Shown here: piece by piece, positions 46,159 to 56,244 of the stretch
How the letters are laid out: the number at the start of each line of letters is the position of its first letter
How positions within the stretch are numbered: the first letter of the stretch is position 1
IMG/VR virus record: IMGVR_UViG_3300012984_000016
Location: 10,306 to 74,305 of that record
Reading direction: 5' to 3' (one strand)
DNA length: 64,000 nucleotides
DNA from: a virus
Made by a program: the position numbers and the translations under genes
The notes under the pieces: generated by a model
What the model was told of the DNA's origin: nothing
What the model saw: only the letters and a program-made list of their open reading frames with translations
The model's database searches: none

Positions 46159-46668
46159 TTACCCGACAGCGAACTCACCTCCCGAGATGGGAGCGAGCAG
46201 CGCAGATGAGTACTTGCGCAGGGTCGGCTCGATGATGGCGAAGTTACCGCCGTTGGCATATTCCAGGAACACGCCGTACGCGACGGAGTGTCCCAGGAAG
46301 ATCGTGTAGGTGCCCTCGCGGTCGTTGATGACCAGCGCGGCCTTGAGACCGTTGCGCGCGTCGTGAGAGCGGTCCTCCCACGGGGCGTTGGCCTTCGCAT
46401 CCTCCTCGACCATCTCACGGATGCGTTCCATGTTGGCCTTGAGTTCCTCAGTGAGGTTGTCAGCCAACTTGGAAGGCATGCCGAACACGCCGTCCAGTCC
46501 TGTCCACACGAAGCCGAAGCCGCCCTTGAGGAACTTGCCCTGGGCGTCACGGAGTTGGAACGAGGACGGCGAGCCGAAGTCGCCGAAGGTAGGCATGCGC
46601 CCCGGCGACGGGAGACGACCGCTACCGGGGATCTTGGCACTGACGTGGGGGAAGCCGCCGCTGGCCAT
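46159..46668 (-). CDS. HK97 gp10-like neck/tail completion protein
   Basis: AKANAPWEDR...ARNGL, HSVAYG.FLE, FAII.PT. Confidence 0.75.
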   Translation of the reverse strand: MASGGFPHVSAKIPGSGRLPSPGRMPTFGDFGSPSSFQLRDAQGKFLKGGFGFVWTGLDGVFGMPSKLADNLTEELKANMERIREMVEEDAKANAPWEDRSHDARNGLKAALVINDREGTYTIFLGHSVAYGVFLEYANGGNFAIIEPTLRKYSSALLAPISGGEFAVG

Positions 46669-47042
46669 CAGATCAGCACCGTCCCCTCACCCTTGACTTG
46701 GTAGGACTTGTCCGGGTGGATGAGTTCGACCTTGAACGTTCGCCCCTGGTGCTCGAACGTGTCGCCCTCGGACATGTCGTCCCCCGGCATCCCCACCAGC
46801 ACGAACCGGAGCGGCATGTACTCGCCCTGCTCGATCAGGGACTCGTTCAGGTCGGGCGTCGGGTAGCCCAGGAAGCGCTGAACGGCGTTTTGCGGCGTTG
46901 GGGTGTCGTTCCGGGTGAATCCGCCCGCCCCGTCCGGTTCTGGGGCGCTGGGGCGGCTCAGGGCGACGGGGATGCCCTCTTCCGCGATCATCGACCGCGT
47001 GACGGCGATCCGCTCCCTCAGGGTGACGTGGTCGACGGTCAT
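46668..47042 (-). CDS. Head-to-tail stopper
   Basis: DGAGG, EGDTF..QG..F.V; synteny. Confidence 0.65.
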   Translation of the reverse strand: MTVDHVTLRERIAVTRSMIAEEGIPVALSRPSAPEPDGAGGFTRNDTPTPQNAVQRFLGYPTPDLNESLIEQGEYMPLRFVLVGMPGDDMSEGDTFEHQGRTFKVELIHPDKSYQVKGEGTVLI

Positions 47043-47446
47043 CCGGTGCTCGCATCAGACGGCGGCGTGAACAGCACCCTCGGGAACTCGTCGGTCCACG
47101 GGCGGGCCCACGGCACGGACTTGCCCACCACGCGCGCCGAGGTCATGATCTGAGCGGCGGTGGCGTCGGCCTGCGCCTGGAAGTACTCAGCCTGCTGCTT
47201 CGCGTTGATGTACTTCTGGCGGTACTTGCGGTCGGAGCCGGACTCGTTGACATCGATGAGCCGAGCGAACTCAGCCATCTTCCAAGTCCAGCCCACAGCC
47301 GCTGCGAAGGTCAACCCTCGGCTACCGGCCTCGTCGATCAGGTCGTTGATCTCGGTGTCACTGAAGAACGTGTCCGAGGCGTCGAGCCCGTTGGGGATGC
47401 GCTCGCCGAGGAGAGCACGCAGACGTGTTGCGGCTGTCAGAGCCAT
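47039..47446 (-). CDS. Head-to-tail adaptor
   Basis: LRALLGE...FSDTEI..L; synteny. Confidence 0.65.
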   Translation of the reverse strand: MALTAATRLRALLGERIPNGLDASDTFFSDTEINDLIDEAGSRGLTFAAAVGWTWKMAEFARLIDVNESGSDRKYRQKYINAKQQAEYFQAQADATAAQIMTSARVVGKSVPWARPWTDEFPRVLFTPPSDASTG

Positions 47447-47465
47447 GACGTGCCCTCCTCAACGA

Positions 47466-47699
47466 TCAGAACTTGTCGGTGACCAGTGCGAGCGGGTACT
47501 CCGGCAGGCCCGACGGGTCCGGGGTGCCGGGGATGGTGAGGTTGAAGCGCGAGGCGATCTCAGCGACGACGCGCTGGAGAGCCGCGCTCTCCCAGGCGAG
47601 AGTTGCCTGGTCCTCGCTGACAGCGGCCTGCAGGGCGTCCTTGGCGGACTGCAACTCCTCCAGGGTCATCGCGTCCGGGGTGATGGTGTCCCAAGCCAT
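47466..47699 (-). CDS. Hypothetical protein
   Basis: AAGGAAGG SD. Confidence 0.55.
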   Translation of the reverse strand: MAWDTITPDAMTLEELQSAKDALQAAVSEDQATLAWESAALQRVVAEIASRFNLTIPGTPDPSGLPEYPLALVTDKF

Positions 47700-47719
47700 G
47701 ATCTTCCTTCCTTGACACT

Positions 47720-47754
47720 GAGGAGGGCGAAGGCGATGTGCCCTCGCCCTCCTC
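47720..47754 (-). terminator. Stem-loop downstream of capsid genes
   Basis: 11-bp inverted repeat GAGGAGGGCGA/TCGCCCTCCTC. Confidence 0.55.
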
Positions 47755-47777
47755 GGGGTGTGTGAACCGACCGGTGA

Positions 47778-48311
47778 CTACTTCTTGGCGTCGGCTGCCT
47801 TCGCAGCAGCCTCGGCCTCGGCAGCAGCGTCGTCCGCCGCCTTCTCGGCCTTCTTGGCACCCTTGCCCGTCTCCTCGGCCACCGACGCCTCGTGAGCAGC
47901 GATGTTGGCCTCCTTGCGGGCGCGGTCAGCCTCGTAGTCGAGACGGCCGAGACCGTCACCGATGCCGCGCTGTGCCTCGATGCGAAGGCGGTCGTTCTCG
48001 GCCTCGCCGACCACCGCCTCCTCCGAGTAGTAGCCCTGGACCTTGTTCGGGATGACCTCGACGCCGGTCGCCTCGAACAGGTCGGACGACGCAGCCTGCA
48101 CGGCCTCGTAGTCCTCCTCGGTCGCGGGCTCGAGAACGCCTCGGTTGAGACCGCCACGCACGAAGTTCTGCGAGAGCGGGTAGTCGTCCGAGGGGAACTC
48201 CTTGACATCCAGGCCGCTGATGCTCCAGCCCGTACCACCGTCGATGTCGGCGACGATCTGGCGAACCAGACGGTCGGCCAACTTGACGTACTGCGGGTCG
48301 TTCTTCGCCAT
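47778..48311 (-). CDS. Hypothetical head-region protein
   Basis: Strong codon bias; follows major capsid gene. Confidence 0.7.
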   Translation of the reverse strand: MAKNDPQYVKLADRLVRQIVADIDGGTGWSISGLDVKEFPSDDYPLSQNFVRGGLNRGVLEPATEEDYEAVQAASSDLFEATGVEVIPNKVQGYYSEEAVVGEAENDRLRIEAQRGIGDGLGRLDYEADRARKEANIAAHEASVAEETGKGAKKAEKAADDAAAEAEAAAKAADAKK

Positions 48312-48365
48312 GATGACTGTCCTGCCTTCCTGTGGCCTTGAGACTTCTGCTCAGGAGAGCAGGGG

Positions 48366-49484
48366 TCAGCGGATCGGGACCGTCGGGCCCGGGTTGGTAC
48401 CGATGGTCGTCGAGTAGTCCAGGACGAGGCGACCGTCCTTGAACAGGTTGGCGAACCCGGTGATGATGGAGGCGAACTCGGCCGTCAGTTGACGGCTGAC
48501 GATCTTCTCCGACTCCAGGAGGAGCGGCATGGCCGTGAGTTGCACCATGGCCTTGGCGCGGTCGACGAACAGGATCTTCTTCGCGGGCACGTTGGGGTGC
48601 GTGAAGATGTCCTGGCTGGTCGGCAGCGGGTTGCTGAGGTTCAGCGTGACGCCCGACGGCGTGACACCGTTGGGGATCTGCGTCTTCTGGAACTCCGGCA
48701 TGGCGAGGATCGACATCGCGTCGTTCTCGTTGACCACCATGACGGTCGAGATGCGACCGATCTGGCGGAAGCGGATCCAGGCCCGCACGATGTCCTGGTA
48801 GGTCAGCGTGTTGGCCGTGGTCGCGCCGATGACGGGAGCCGCCTCGGAACCGTCCGCCTGGTCGCCGTTGATCAGGATGTTGATCGCGTCGACATCGAGG
48901 TCCCAGCCGAGTTGCTGGCCCAACTCCTCGAAGTAGATCGCGGCGAGGTCGAGCGGGGTGAACATGATCGACTCGTAGGTCTGCTTGAGACCGCGAGCCT
49001 TCTTCTTGATCGTGACCTGCTTCTCGGCCCAGGTGATGATCTGGCCCTCGGGGATGGTCGCGCCCTCGTTCACGTCGCGAAGTTGGACCTCGCTCTTGAA
49101 CGACGAGACCGTCGAGAAGTCCATCTTCGGCATCGTGAGGCCGGTGGACTCGATGCTCTCCTCCGCAGCGATCAGCGAGCCGTAGAACGGCGCGTAGTCG
49201 AGGCCGCGAAGCACGGCGTCACGGAAGACCTCCGGGAACAGCCACCGGTTGAGTTCGGTGGTGTTGAGCATCTTGTTGACGGTCATGCCGTTCATGTCGA
49301 CGCCGAGTTGGCGGTAGAACGCCTCCGGCGTCATGTCCGCACCGAACGAGTCCGCGAGGTAGGACTTCAGCGTGATGCCTCCGTCGACCTCCTTGCGGAT
49401 GCGCTGCAGTTCGTCGTGCAGAGCCTTGGTGTTGAAGTCGGCGTTGACGCCGACCCCCTTGAACTTACCTGCGATGGCAGTCAT
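48366..49484 (-). CDS. Major capsid protein (HK97 fold)
   Basis: 372 aa; WLFPE, VNEGATIP, IKKKARGL..TYE; GAGGAGG SD; extreme codon bias. Confidence 0.85.
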   Translation of the reverse strand: MTAIAGKFKGVGVNADFNTKALHDELQRIRKEVDGGITLKSYLADSFGADMTPEAFYRQLGVDMNGMTVNKMLNTTELNRWLFPEVFRDAVLRGLDYAPFYGSLIAAEESIESTGLTMPKMDFSTVSSFKSEVQLRDVNEGATIPEGQIITWAEKQVTIKKKARGLKQTYESIMFTPLDLAAIYFEELGQQLGWDLDVDAINILINGDQADGSEAAPVIGATTANTLTYQDIVRAWIRFRQIGRISTVMVVNENDAMSILAMPEFQKTQIPNGVTPSGVTLNLSNPLPTSQDIFTHPNVPAKKILFVDRAKAMVQLTAMPLLLESEKIVSRQLTAEFASIITGFANLFKDGRLVLDYSTTIGTNPGPTVPIR

Positions 49485-49506
49485 GTCTGTGGATCCTCCT
49501 CTCGGA

Positions 49507-49941
49507 TCAGCGGTGGAGCAGGTCGAAGGAGTTGGTCGCGGTGGCACCCGTGAGGGCGATGCCGATGACCTTCTCCGTGGCGGACGGGACGACGCCCGTG
49601 GTGATGGGACGGACGGTGCCCGCCGCGCCGATGACGACGATGTCGCCCGCGACGATGGTGGCGTCCGCAGTCACCTGGTGGACGGCGAAGCCAGGCACCT
49701 CGACGGTGACCTGTCCGCCCGGGTTGCCCACCGGGTAGGTGGTGGAGGTGGCCGAACTGGTCCGCTTGACGTTCTTGACGGACACGCGACCCAGCACCTG
49801 CTTGGTGCCGGTCGCCTGAACCACCGTGTAGTCAGCGGAGAGTTCGACCCAGTCACCGACATTGGCCGAGTAAGCGACACCCGTGTCCAGCGTCAGCGCG
49901 AGAAGGCCGGTGATCTTGCCACCGGGAGTCTTCGTGGTCAC
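49507..49941 (-). CDS. Capsid decoration/cement protein
   Basis: Small beta-rich protein between scaffold and capsid; IVAGD.V, IGIALT. Confidence 0.7.
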   Translation of the reverse strand: MTTKTPGGKITGLLALTLDTGVAYSANVGDWVELSADYTVVQATGTKQVLGRVSVKNVKRTSSATSTTYPVGNPGGQVTVEVPGFAVHQVTADATIVAGDIVVIGAAGTVRPITTGVVPSATEKVIGIALTGATATNSFDLLHR

Positions 49942-49986
49942 TGTGCTTTCACATCCTTTCCTTCTAGCACTTAGGTTGAAACGGGG

Positions 49987-51876
49987 TCAGCCGTGGAGGC
50001 GACGGACGCGAGTGTCCGAGGCCTTGGTGTGCTGCTCGACGCCGTCCGGGATGGTCCCCACGGTCTTCTCGTGCGGGTCCGACTGAGCGGACGACCGACG
50101 GACGGCGCGGGGGAACTTGGCGCGAGCCAGGTTCTTGTTCTCGTCGATCAGGGTCTTGACCAGTTCGACGTTGTCACCGCAGGCTTCGAGGATCTTCTGG
50201 AACGAGTCCACGGGGACACCCTTGTCGGTGCCGTCGGTGTGTGACTTGACGTACCAGTCGATCGCCTCGGCCTGCAGCGACTTGATGTACTCGTCGCCCA
50301 TCTCGGCCTTGGGAGTCAGGTCGGAGACCTGCTTCGCCAGGGTCGAGTTGGACTCGGAGGCGGCGGTCAGGATGGCGAGAAGGCCGTTGTCACCGTCCTC
50401 ACCACCCGCCGCTGCTGCGATCCACTCAGCGGGAACCTTGGCTGCGGTTGCGGCAGCCAGAACGGTCTTGCGACTCACGGTCTTCACTCCCTCCTGTGCA
50501 TCGGGCTTGTCGGTGGTGTCCTCGTCCTCGTCCGAGGGCTCGTCACCCTCGGTTGAAGCGTCCTCAGCCGCGTCAGCGGCGTCGGTCACTTCCGAGTCGG
50601 GGCCACCGTCGACGGCAGGGTCTTCTCCGTCGGAGTCGTCCCCTGCGCCACCGACTGCGTCGTCTTCCGACCCCCCTTGCTCGTCGGCACCGAGTGATTC
50701 GCTGCCCCCGTCTTCTGGGCCCCCACGCTGCGCTTCGCCATCTGCATCCACCTCCTCTGTGGCTTCGAGAGCCTCGTTGTCGAGGTCCTCGTCGTCTTCG
50801 TCACTGGCCTCCTTGCCGAGGCACAGCGGCTCGTTGTCGCCCGGTGCGAACCGCCACACGAGCGAACGGTCGTCGACCCACTTGAGGGCACCGTCCTCCT
50901 CGCGGGTGGCACCCTTGGCGAGGGCTGCACGGACCTCGTCCGGCGTGTGCGGCATCTTGAAGGCCGAGGCCTCCTGGGACGACAGGCCGAGGAGCGGGGC
51001 CTTGGAGGCACTCGCTGCCTTGATCACGCCGTCGATGCCCGCACCCTTGTCGAGCGAGGCGTAGAACTGAGCCCCGAGGAACACCTGGCTCAGTTCGTAG
51101 AAGTCCTTGGCACCTTCCATCTTGCCCATGGCCTTGACGACGCCCTTGTCGGACGGCTGGCGCTCCATGGGGTAGCCGTACGAGTCGGTCTCGTCGGAGT
51201 TGGGGTCGTAGTACGAACCCTTGACGTGGCCCTCGTCGCACACGGACCAGCCCCACATGGTGTGCATGGTCTTCGAGCAGATGGAGCAGTTCATCGCGTC
51301 GAGCATGACGCCGACCGACACGGCCCAGTTGATGCCGAAGTCGATCGAGTTGATGAGCGCCTCGTTCTCCGGCGTGCGAGGGATGTACACCTCGTTCGTC
51401 AGGAAGGTGGCGTCGATCGCCTTGCCCTCGGCGTCGGTCACGTCGTCGCGGACCCCGGTGCCGAAGATGCGAGCGACCGGCATGCCCGAGTAGTCGTGGC
51501 CGGTCATGTACGACTTGCCGGTGGGACCGTAGGGCTCGGGCAGCGCCGCGAACTCCCTGATGGTCTCCTCGGTGAAGAAGTCGTCGTCACGGTCGGGGAG
51601 GGTGTTCGCCGACAGGGTCTCGAACACCGCGACCTGGTCCGCCGTCTTCGGCGAGAGGGTGAAGGTGTTGATGCGAGCGAGTTGCTCGTCCGTGGGGGTC
51701 TTGAGACCGCCGATCGCTCCGACCGACGAACCCGACCCGCCGCCCTCGGCGTCCTTCGCGTGGAACAGCGTGACGCGCTTGTCGACGGCCTTCTGGCCAG
51801 CGGTGACGGCGCGGGCTTCTGCGAGGGTGTCAGCAAGGGGCTGCGACTTGGCCTGCTTGAGAGTCTTGTGCTTCAC
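49987..51876 (-). CDS. Capsid maturation protease / scaffold fusion
   Basis: DRDDD.F, GHD, VSVG, YELSQV..GAQ; acidic linker and helical C-terminus. Confidence 0.75.
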   Translation of the reverse strand: MKHKTLKQAKSQPLADTLAEARAVTAGQKAVDKRVTLFHAKDAEGGGSGSSVGAIGGLKTPTDEQLARINTFTLSPKTADQVAVFETLSANTLPDRDDDFFTEETIREFAALPEPYGPTGKSYMTGHDYSGMPVARIFGTGVRDDVTDAEGKAIDATFLTNEVYIPRTPENEALINSIDFGINWAVSVGVMLDAMNCSICSKTMHTMWGWSVCDEGHVKGSYYDPNSDETDSYGYPMERQPSDKGVVKAMGKMEGAKDFYELSQVFLGAQFYASLDKGAGIDGVIKAASASKAPLLGLSSQEASAFKMPHTPDEVRAALAKGATREEDGALKWVDDRSLVWRFAPGDNEPLCLGKEASDEDDEDLDNEALEATEEVDADGEAQRGGPEDGGSESLGADEQGGSEDDAVGGAGDDSDGEDPAVDGGPDSEVTDAADAAEDASTEGDEPSDEDEDTTDKPDAQEGVKTVSRKTVLAAATAAKVPAEWIAAAAGGEDGDNGLLAILTAASESNSTLAKQVSDLTPKAEMGDEYIKSLQAEAIDWYVKSHTDGTDKGVPVDSFQKILEACGDNVELVKTLIDENKNLARAKFPRAVRRSSAQSDPHEKTVGTIPDGVEQHTKASDTRVRRLHG

Positions 51877-51881
51877 CTCGA

Positions 51882-52010
51882 TCAGCCCTTCTTCTCGACG
51901 CCGCGTCCGCCGAACTGCTTACCGGGCGGTGCGGGCTTGACAGCGGTGGACCCCGAGTCGTCACTCTTGGGTGACTGCTCCTCGGGGGTGTCCTTCTTGT
52001 CCTCAGCCAT
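51882..52010 (-). CDS. Small hypothetical protein
   Basis: AGGAG SD; 42 aa. Confidence 0.45.
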   Translation of the reverse strand: MAEDKKDTPEEQSPKSDDSGSTAVKPAPPGKQFGGRGVEKKG

Positions 52011-52056
52011 GTTCACTGCTCCTATCATGAGACACAACGCCGCGCTAACAGTGAAC

Positions 52057-53562
52057 CTAGGAGTTGTCGGGCGGGTCTTCGAGGTCTGTGATTGTACGGT
52101 CGAGGCTGGCACTGCGGTTGTTCTGGTTGTCCGCCTTGCCTCCACCGTCGTCGCCCAGGGCGTCGTTGGTGTTGGAGTTGCCACCGTTCTCGAGCAGCGG
52201 TGACTCGGGAGGCTCGGTGTACTCGGTCTTCACGTCCGCGAAGCCGAGACGCTGAGCCATGTCCTGCTGGTTCGTGATGCCCGAGGCCCACAGCGTGAGT
52301 TCGTTCTTGATTTCCATCGCCAGGGACTGAGCCATCTGCAGGCGGTTCAGGGTCTTGTTCTCGTTGAACTGGATCTTGACCGAGTCCACTCGCAGGCCCT
52401 GCAGATCCAGCGCCAGGCGGTAGCCCGCCTCGATCATGCGCTTGACCGCCTGCTGGTACTTCTTCGTGTTGCGGATGATGATGTCGTACGCCACCCCGGC
52501 GTAGGTCTCAGTCGTGGAGTACGACCGGCCCTGCACCGACGGCATGGACTTCAGGCCCGAGAAGATCAACTCCTCGTTCTGCTTGAAGATGTTGGTGGCT
52601 CCGGCAGCGTTGCCAGCCATGGACTGCGTCTTGACTTCCACGTCGTTGTAGTGGACCAGACCGCCGTCCCGCACCATGTCCTCGGTCGCGTCGACGTAGG
52701 ACTCCAGGAAGGCGCTCGCACGCGCTGCGAAGTCCTCGTCGGACTCGCCGGGGAGGGGCTGGAGTTGCTCGACCGACACGTCGATCATGGCCAACAGGCC
52801 GATCTTCTTGACGATCTGGGACATGTTGGCGATCATGTCCTTCTGGATGCCGATGTTCATCAGGGCCGCGACGAACGGCGGGGTGCCGTACGGTGACTCC
52901 GGCTCGGCGTCGAATGCGAAGTAGTGGAAGGTGATCGGGTTCAGCCGGATGCAGCCGTTGCGGACCTCCTGGCCCGCGCGCTTCCTGGCGTCCGCGACCG
53001 ACAGCGCGACCTTCTGGTACGGCGCGTACTGCTGGATGTCCTCGTCCCAGAAGAACCGGATCGTCTTCGGGTTGATGTCTGCGAAGTCCAGCACCGTGGT
53101 CAGGTCGTCGTCCAGGACCCACTCGCCACACATGGCTCCGTACGTGGCTGCCTGGTCGAGCAACTTGTTGATCAGACCGTCGATGCCGCCGTGCGAGGCC
53201 TGCACTGTCTGGGCCAGGGTTTCGAGGTACTCCTTGGCCTTGCGCTTCTGCAGGTCCGAGCCCGCGTCCACCATGAGTTCGTGGCCGGAGTTGGCCAGGG
53301 TCCGCACGTTGTCCACGGCCTGGCTGTAGTCCGGGTTGTACGTGGCGAGCAACTCGATGTAGTCGAGGATGTCCCACGGCATGAAGTAGCCGAGCGGAGC
53401 GTACGAGTCGAACAGGCCCTTGACCTGGCCGTAAGCGCCGGTCTGGGGACCCAGGACCGCCGAGGTGATGGGCGACTTGGCCCCGCGAGCGCCGCTCTGG
53501 GCACGCTTGCCGGTGGGCGCTTCCCCGGGGTGAATCGGGTGCACCTGCCCATTACCAGCCAT
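52057..53562 (-). CDS. Portal protein
   Basis: 501 aa directly after terminase; INPKTI, SPYG.PP. Confidence 0.8.
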   Translation of the reverse strand: MAGNGQVHPIHPGEAPTGKRAQSGARGAKSPITSAVLGPQTGAYGQVKGLFDSYAPLGYFMPWDILDYIELLATYNPDYSQAVDNVRTLANSGHELMVDAGSDLQKRKAKEYLETLAQTVQASHGGIDGLINKLLDQAATYGAMCGEWVLDDDLTTVLDFADINPKTIRFFWDEDIQQYAPYQKVALSVADARKRAGQEVRNGCIRLNPITFHYFAFDAEPESPYGTPPFVAALMNIGIQKDMIANMSQIVKKIGLLAMIDVSVEQLQPLPGESDEDFAARASAFLESYVDATEDMVRDGGLVHYNDVEVKTQSMAGNAAGATNIFKQNEELIFSGLKSMPSVQGRSYSTTETYAGVAYDIIIRNTKKYQQAVKRMIEAGYRLALDLQGLRVDSVKIQFNENKTLNRLQMAQSLAMEIKNELTLWASGITNQQDMAQRLGFADVKTEYTEPPESPLLENGGNSNTNDALGDDGGGKADNQNNRSASLDRTITDLEDPPDNS

Positions 53563-53599
53563 GCGGCGCGCTCCTCAGGATTTGACGGGTGTCATGCCA

Positions 53600-55318
53600 T
53601 TATCTCTTGCGCTTGGACCCAAGAGTCCGAATGACTGCAACTCGGGCTCCGGCGATGGCTGCGACGCCCGCAACTTTACCGGCTCCCAGTTGAGTCGGGG
53701 AAGTAGACACAGCCCTGGGTGCCACTCGCACATTGTTGAGACCGAGGCGCTCGACGAACTGCGAGAAGTAGCAGATGCCCGCGTCCATGAGGTGGTCGTT
53801 GCCCTTCTGGATGCGCTGGCCCTGGTCCCGCTTCCAGGTCTTCCGCTGCTCGTGGAAGGTGGTGAACTCCTTCGGCATGATCAGCGAGTTGGCCTCGTTG
53901 TAGATGTTCCAGGCCGCGACCGCGCTCTCCTTCTCGGTTCCGAAGTTCACATCCCGCACGGGCAGCCGGTGCTCGTCCCGCAACTTCGGGTTCAGGTAGT
54001 TGCCGCCGCCACCGATGTCTGCAGCGATCTCCTTGAAGTCCGCCGCGTAGTTGACTCGGAGGCCGAGGAGGATACCGACGATCTGGGACAGGCCCGCCTC
54101 CTCCACCTGCTCGGCGTGGATGAGCGCGTGGCGGTCTCCAGGCTGCTCCTGCCACACCTCGACGCCACAGGCGACGGTGCCCCAGTCAACGCAAATGGTG
54201 ACGGGCCAGCCGGGGATGTACACTTCGGTGCCGGTCTTGTCGACCGTGTTCTGCTCCCACTTGAACGGGTCGCGGATGACGAAGCCCTTGGACGAGGGCC
54301 GCGAGCCCATCGCCTCGACTTCCCAGTTCGCGTGGTTGCGCTTGCCACGCTTCCACAACTTGATGATCTCAGACATGGGGATCCAGCCGTCGGCGTACAT
54401 CGCTCGACCGCCGCAGTAGGCCTTGTGCAGAAGGCGCTCGGTGGGTTCGCCCGTGTCAGGGTCCATGTAGGTCTCGTAGTGGTCCTCACGGAAGCACGAC
54501 TCCTCGGACTGGCAGCCGTCCCCGGTGCAGTCGCACTTCTTGGCCACGTCGAAGATGTCCCACTTGTACAGTTTGTAGCCCATCTCGACCGCGTTGTCCA
54601 TGACCTCCGCGAACGAGCCCTCTGCGTTGTGGAAGGTGGACGCACGAACGTTGACCGAGGGCTGAGCGGTGTTGATGGTGGGCAGGGCCGCTGCGACGAT
54701 CTCAGGCGCGGCCTCTGCCTCCTCGTCGATGACCAGGAGACCACCAGCGATGCGCCCGCCCTTCTTGACTCCTCCGGCGTGCGGGGAGCGGACGGACTTC
54801 TGGGACGCGGTCAGAACTCGAATCCAGGCCCCGACCTTGGTGGTGGTCTTCGAAGCGAGCGCGTCGCCGTCCACCATGTCTTGCCACTGCTTGTCCGAGT
54901 CGATGTAGCCGACGATGTACTGATACACCTGGTCGGCCTGGAGTTCGGATCCACCGAGGTTCAGCGCGTCGTAGTCCTTCAGGAACACCAGGAAGAACTC
55001 GATGAACGACACGCCCTGGCTCTTGCCTCCACCACGGTTGGCCACGGCGGCTGCTGACTCGATGTGGCCGAGACACACATCCTCGATCAGGTCGCGCAGG
55101 CCAGGAGTGATGGGGCCGTGAACCTCGGGGTCGTACTTGCCAAGTTCCTGCATGACCTGCAGGGGCTTCTTGGGGAACTTGAGCCCGAACTTGGCAGCGA
55201 GGCCTACGGGGTCAGTCTTGTACCGCTCGCGCAGCGAGGCGGCTTGGTTACGTACCGCTCCGAGCAGAGCGTCGACTCCGACGATTTCGCTCTGTCGTGT
55301 CTGCCGGTCCAACGGCAC
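53600..55318 (-). CDS. terL: Terminase large subunit
   Basis: Walker A ANRGGGKS, Walker B LVIDE, ASTF, nuclease VDWG and DHLMDA; GTG with GGAGG SD. Confidence 0.9.
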   Translation of the reverse strand: MPLDRQTRQSEIVGVDALLGAVRNQAASLRERYKTDPVGLAAKFGLKFPKKPLQVMQELGKYDPEVHGPITPGLRDLIEDVCLGHIESAAAVANRGGGKSQGVSFIEFFLVFLKDYDALNLGGSELQADQVYQYIVGYIDSDKQWQDMVDGDALASKTTTKVGAWIRVLTASQKSVRSPHAGGVKKGGRIAGGLLVIDEEAEAAPEIVAAALPTINTAQPSVNVRASTFHNAEGSFAEVMDNAVEMGYKLYKWDIFDVAKKCDCTGDGCQSEESCFREDHYETYMDPDTGEPTERLLHKAYCGGRAMYADGWIPMSEIIKLWKRGKRNHANWEVEAMGSRPSSKGFVIRDPFKWEQNTVDKTGTEVYIPGWPVTICVDWGTVACGVEVWQEQPGDRHALIHAEQVEEAGLSQIVGILLGLRVNYAADFKEIAADIGGGGNYLNPKLRDEHRLPVRDVNFGTEKESAVAAWNIYNEANSLIMPKEFTTFHEQRKTWKRDQGQRIQKGNDHLMDAGICYFSQFVERLGLNNVRVAPRAVSTSPTQLGAGKVAGVAAIAGARVAVIRTLGSKRKR

Positions 55319-55619
55319 TGTGACCTCCAGGGGTTCCGGAGGCCATTCTGTCCTTGTTGCGGTTCTCAGGCAGCAACCGCGAGTTGGGAGACACGATCGA
55401 GTGCTTCTGCTGCGAGGGCTTGCCCCACAGTTCACGAGGGACCTTGACGGCGTTCGGGCCGGTGACCTGAGCGATGTAGTGACCCTTGGTGGGGAACCCG
55501 CACCAGGCGTGGACCCACAGCGTCGTCACGGGGTCTCGGGAGTAGCCCGCCGAGTTAGCCCCGCCCTTGCCGTCGCTCAGGCAGGTGCAGAACCTCTGCA
55601 CTATCGTTGTCTCGCTCAC
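55248..55619 (-). CDS. Hypothetical protein
   Basis: ORF in packed block. Confidence 0.5.
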   Translation of the reverse strand: MSETTIVQRFCTCLSDGKGGANSAGYSRDPVTTLWVHAWCGFPTKGHYIAQVTGPNAVKVPRELWGKPSQQKHSIVSPNSRLLPENRNKDRMASGTPGGHSAVGPADTTERNRRSRRSARSGT

Positions 55620-55722
55620 GGGCTTCCCTCTCGATGCACTCGGTCACCAGTGACGGGACCACGTGGTGTCGCCCATGGACCGGGCAGTAGTACGGATCAA
55701 TCCCACCAGTTGGGGATGTCAT
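55555..55722 (-). CDS. Small hypothetical protein
   Basis: CPVH...H...C; fills gap but overlaps neighbours. Confidence 0.35.
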   Translation of the reverse strand: MTSPTGGIDPYYCPVHGRHHVVPSLVTECIEREARERDNDSAEVLHLPERRQGRG

Positions 55723-55912
55723 CTGCGAGGTCGTCCTCTCGGCTGTCTTCTGCGTACAGAGCACCAAGATGCCCCTCGCAGAATTCTTCACCAGGGACGG
55801 CGTCCTCGTCGCAGTACTCAGCAGGGTCACCAGGGTCGCCGTTGCGGAGATACCGGCGCTCAGGATGAATCTGGTAGGAGCACCCAACGGTCTCGACCTC
55901 CGGCTCACTCAC
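55697..55912 (-). CDS. Small acidic Cys/His protein
   Basis: GTGA coupling; C...C...FC..H. Confidence 0.55.
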   Translation of the reverse strand: MSEPEVETVGCSYQIHPERRYLRNGDPGDPAEYCDEDAVPGEEFCEGHLGALYAEDSREDDLADDIPNWWD

Positions 55913-56244
55913 GACAGTACCCATGCGAGACCAACTCCTATCAGCAGGACTGCGACCAGGGCTGCGACGATGTACAGCACCACCGCCGCGCTGTTGTCAG
56001 TGTCCTCGAAGTCTCGACGCTGTCGCTCGATCTGCACAGCGACCTGGGGCCAGGAGGCGAACGACGAGCCTCCAGCAAGGCTCATCTTGCCCTGGTCCTC
56101 ACCAGTGAGTCCAGCCGTCCAGATGCCGTCGTGGGGGATGCGTCGGGGGCGAACGAACGCCCCCGACACACCATCCTTGAACACCGAGACGAAACTGCAC
56201 CCGTGCTCAGCACAAGTGAAGGTGACGTACGGCTCGTTGCTCAT
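55909..56244 (-). CDS. Hypothetical protein with C-terminal TM
   Basis: ATGA coupling. Confidence 0.55.
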   Translation of the reverse strand: MSNEPYVTFTCAEHGCSFVSVFKDGVSGAFVRPRRIPHDGIWTAGLTGEDQGKMSLAGGSSFASWPQVAVQIERQRRDFEDTDNSAAVVLYIVAALVAVLLIGVGLAWVLS

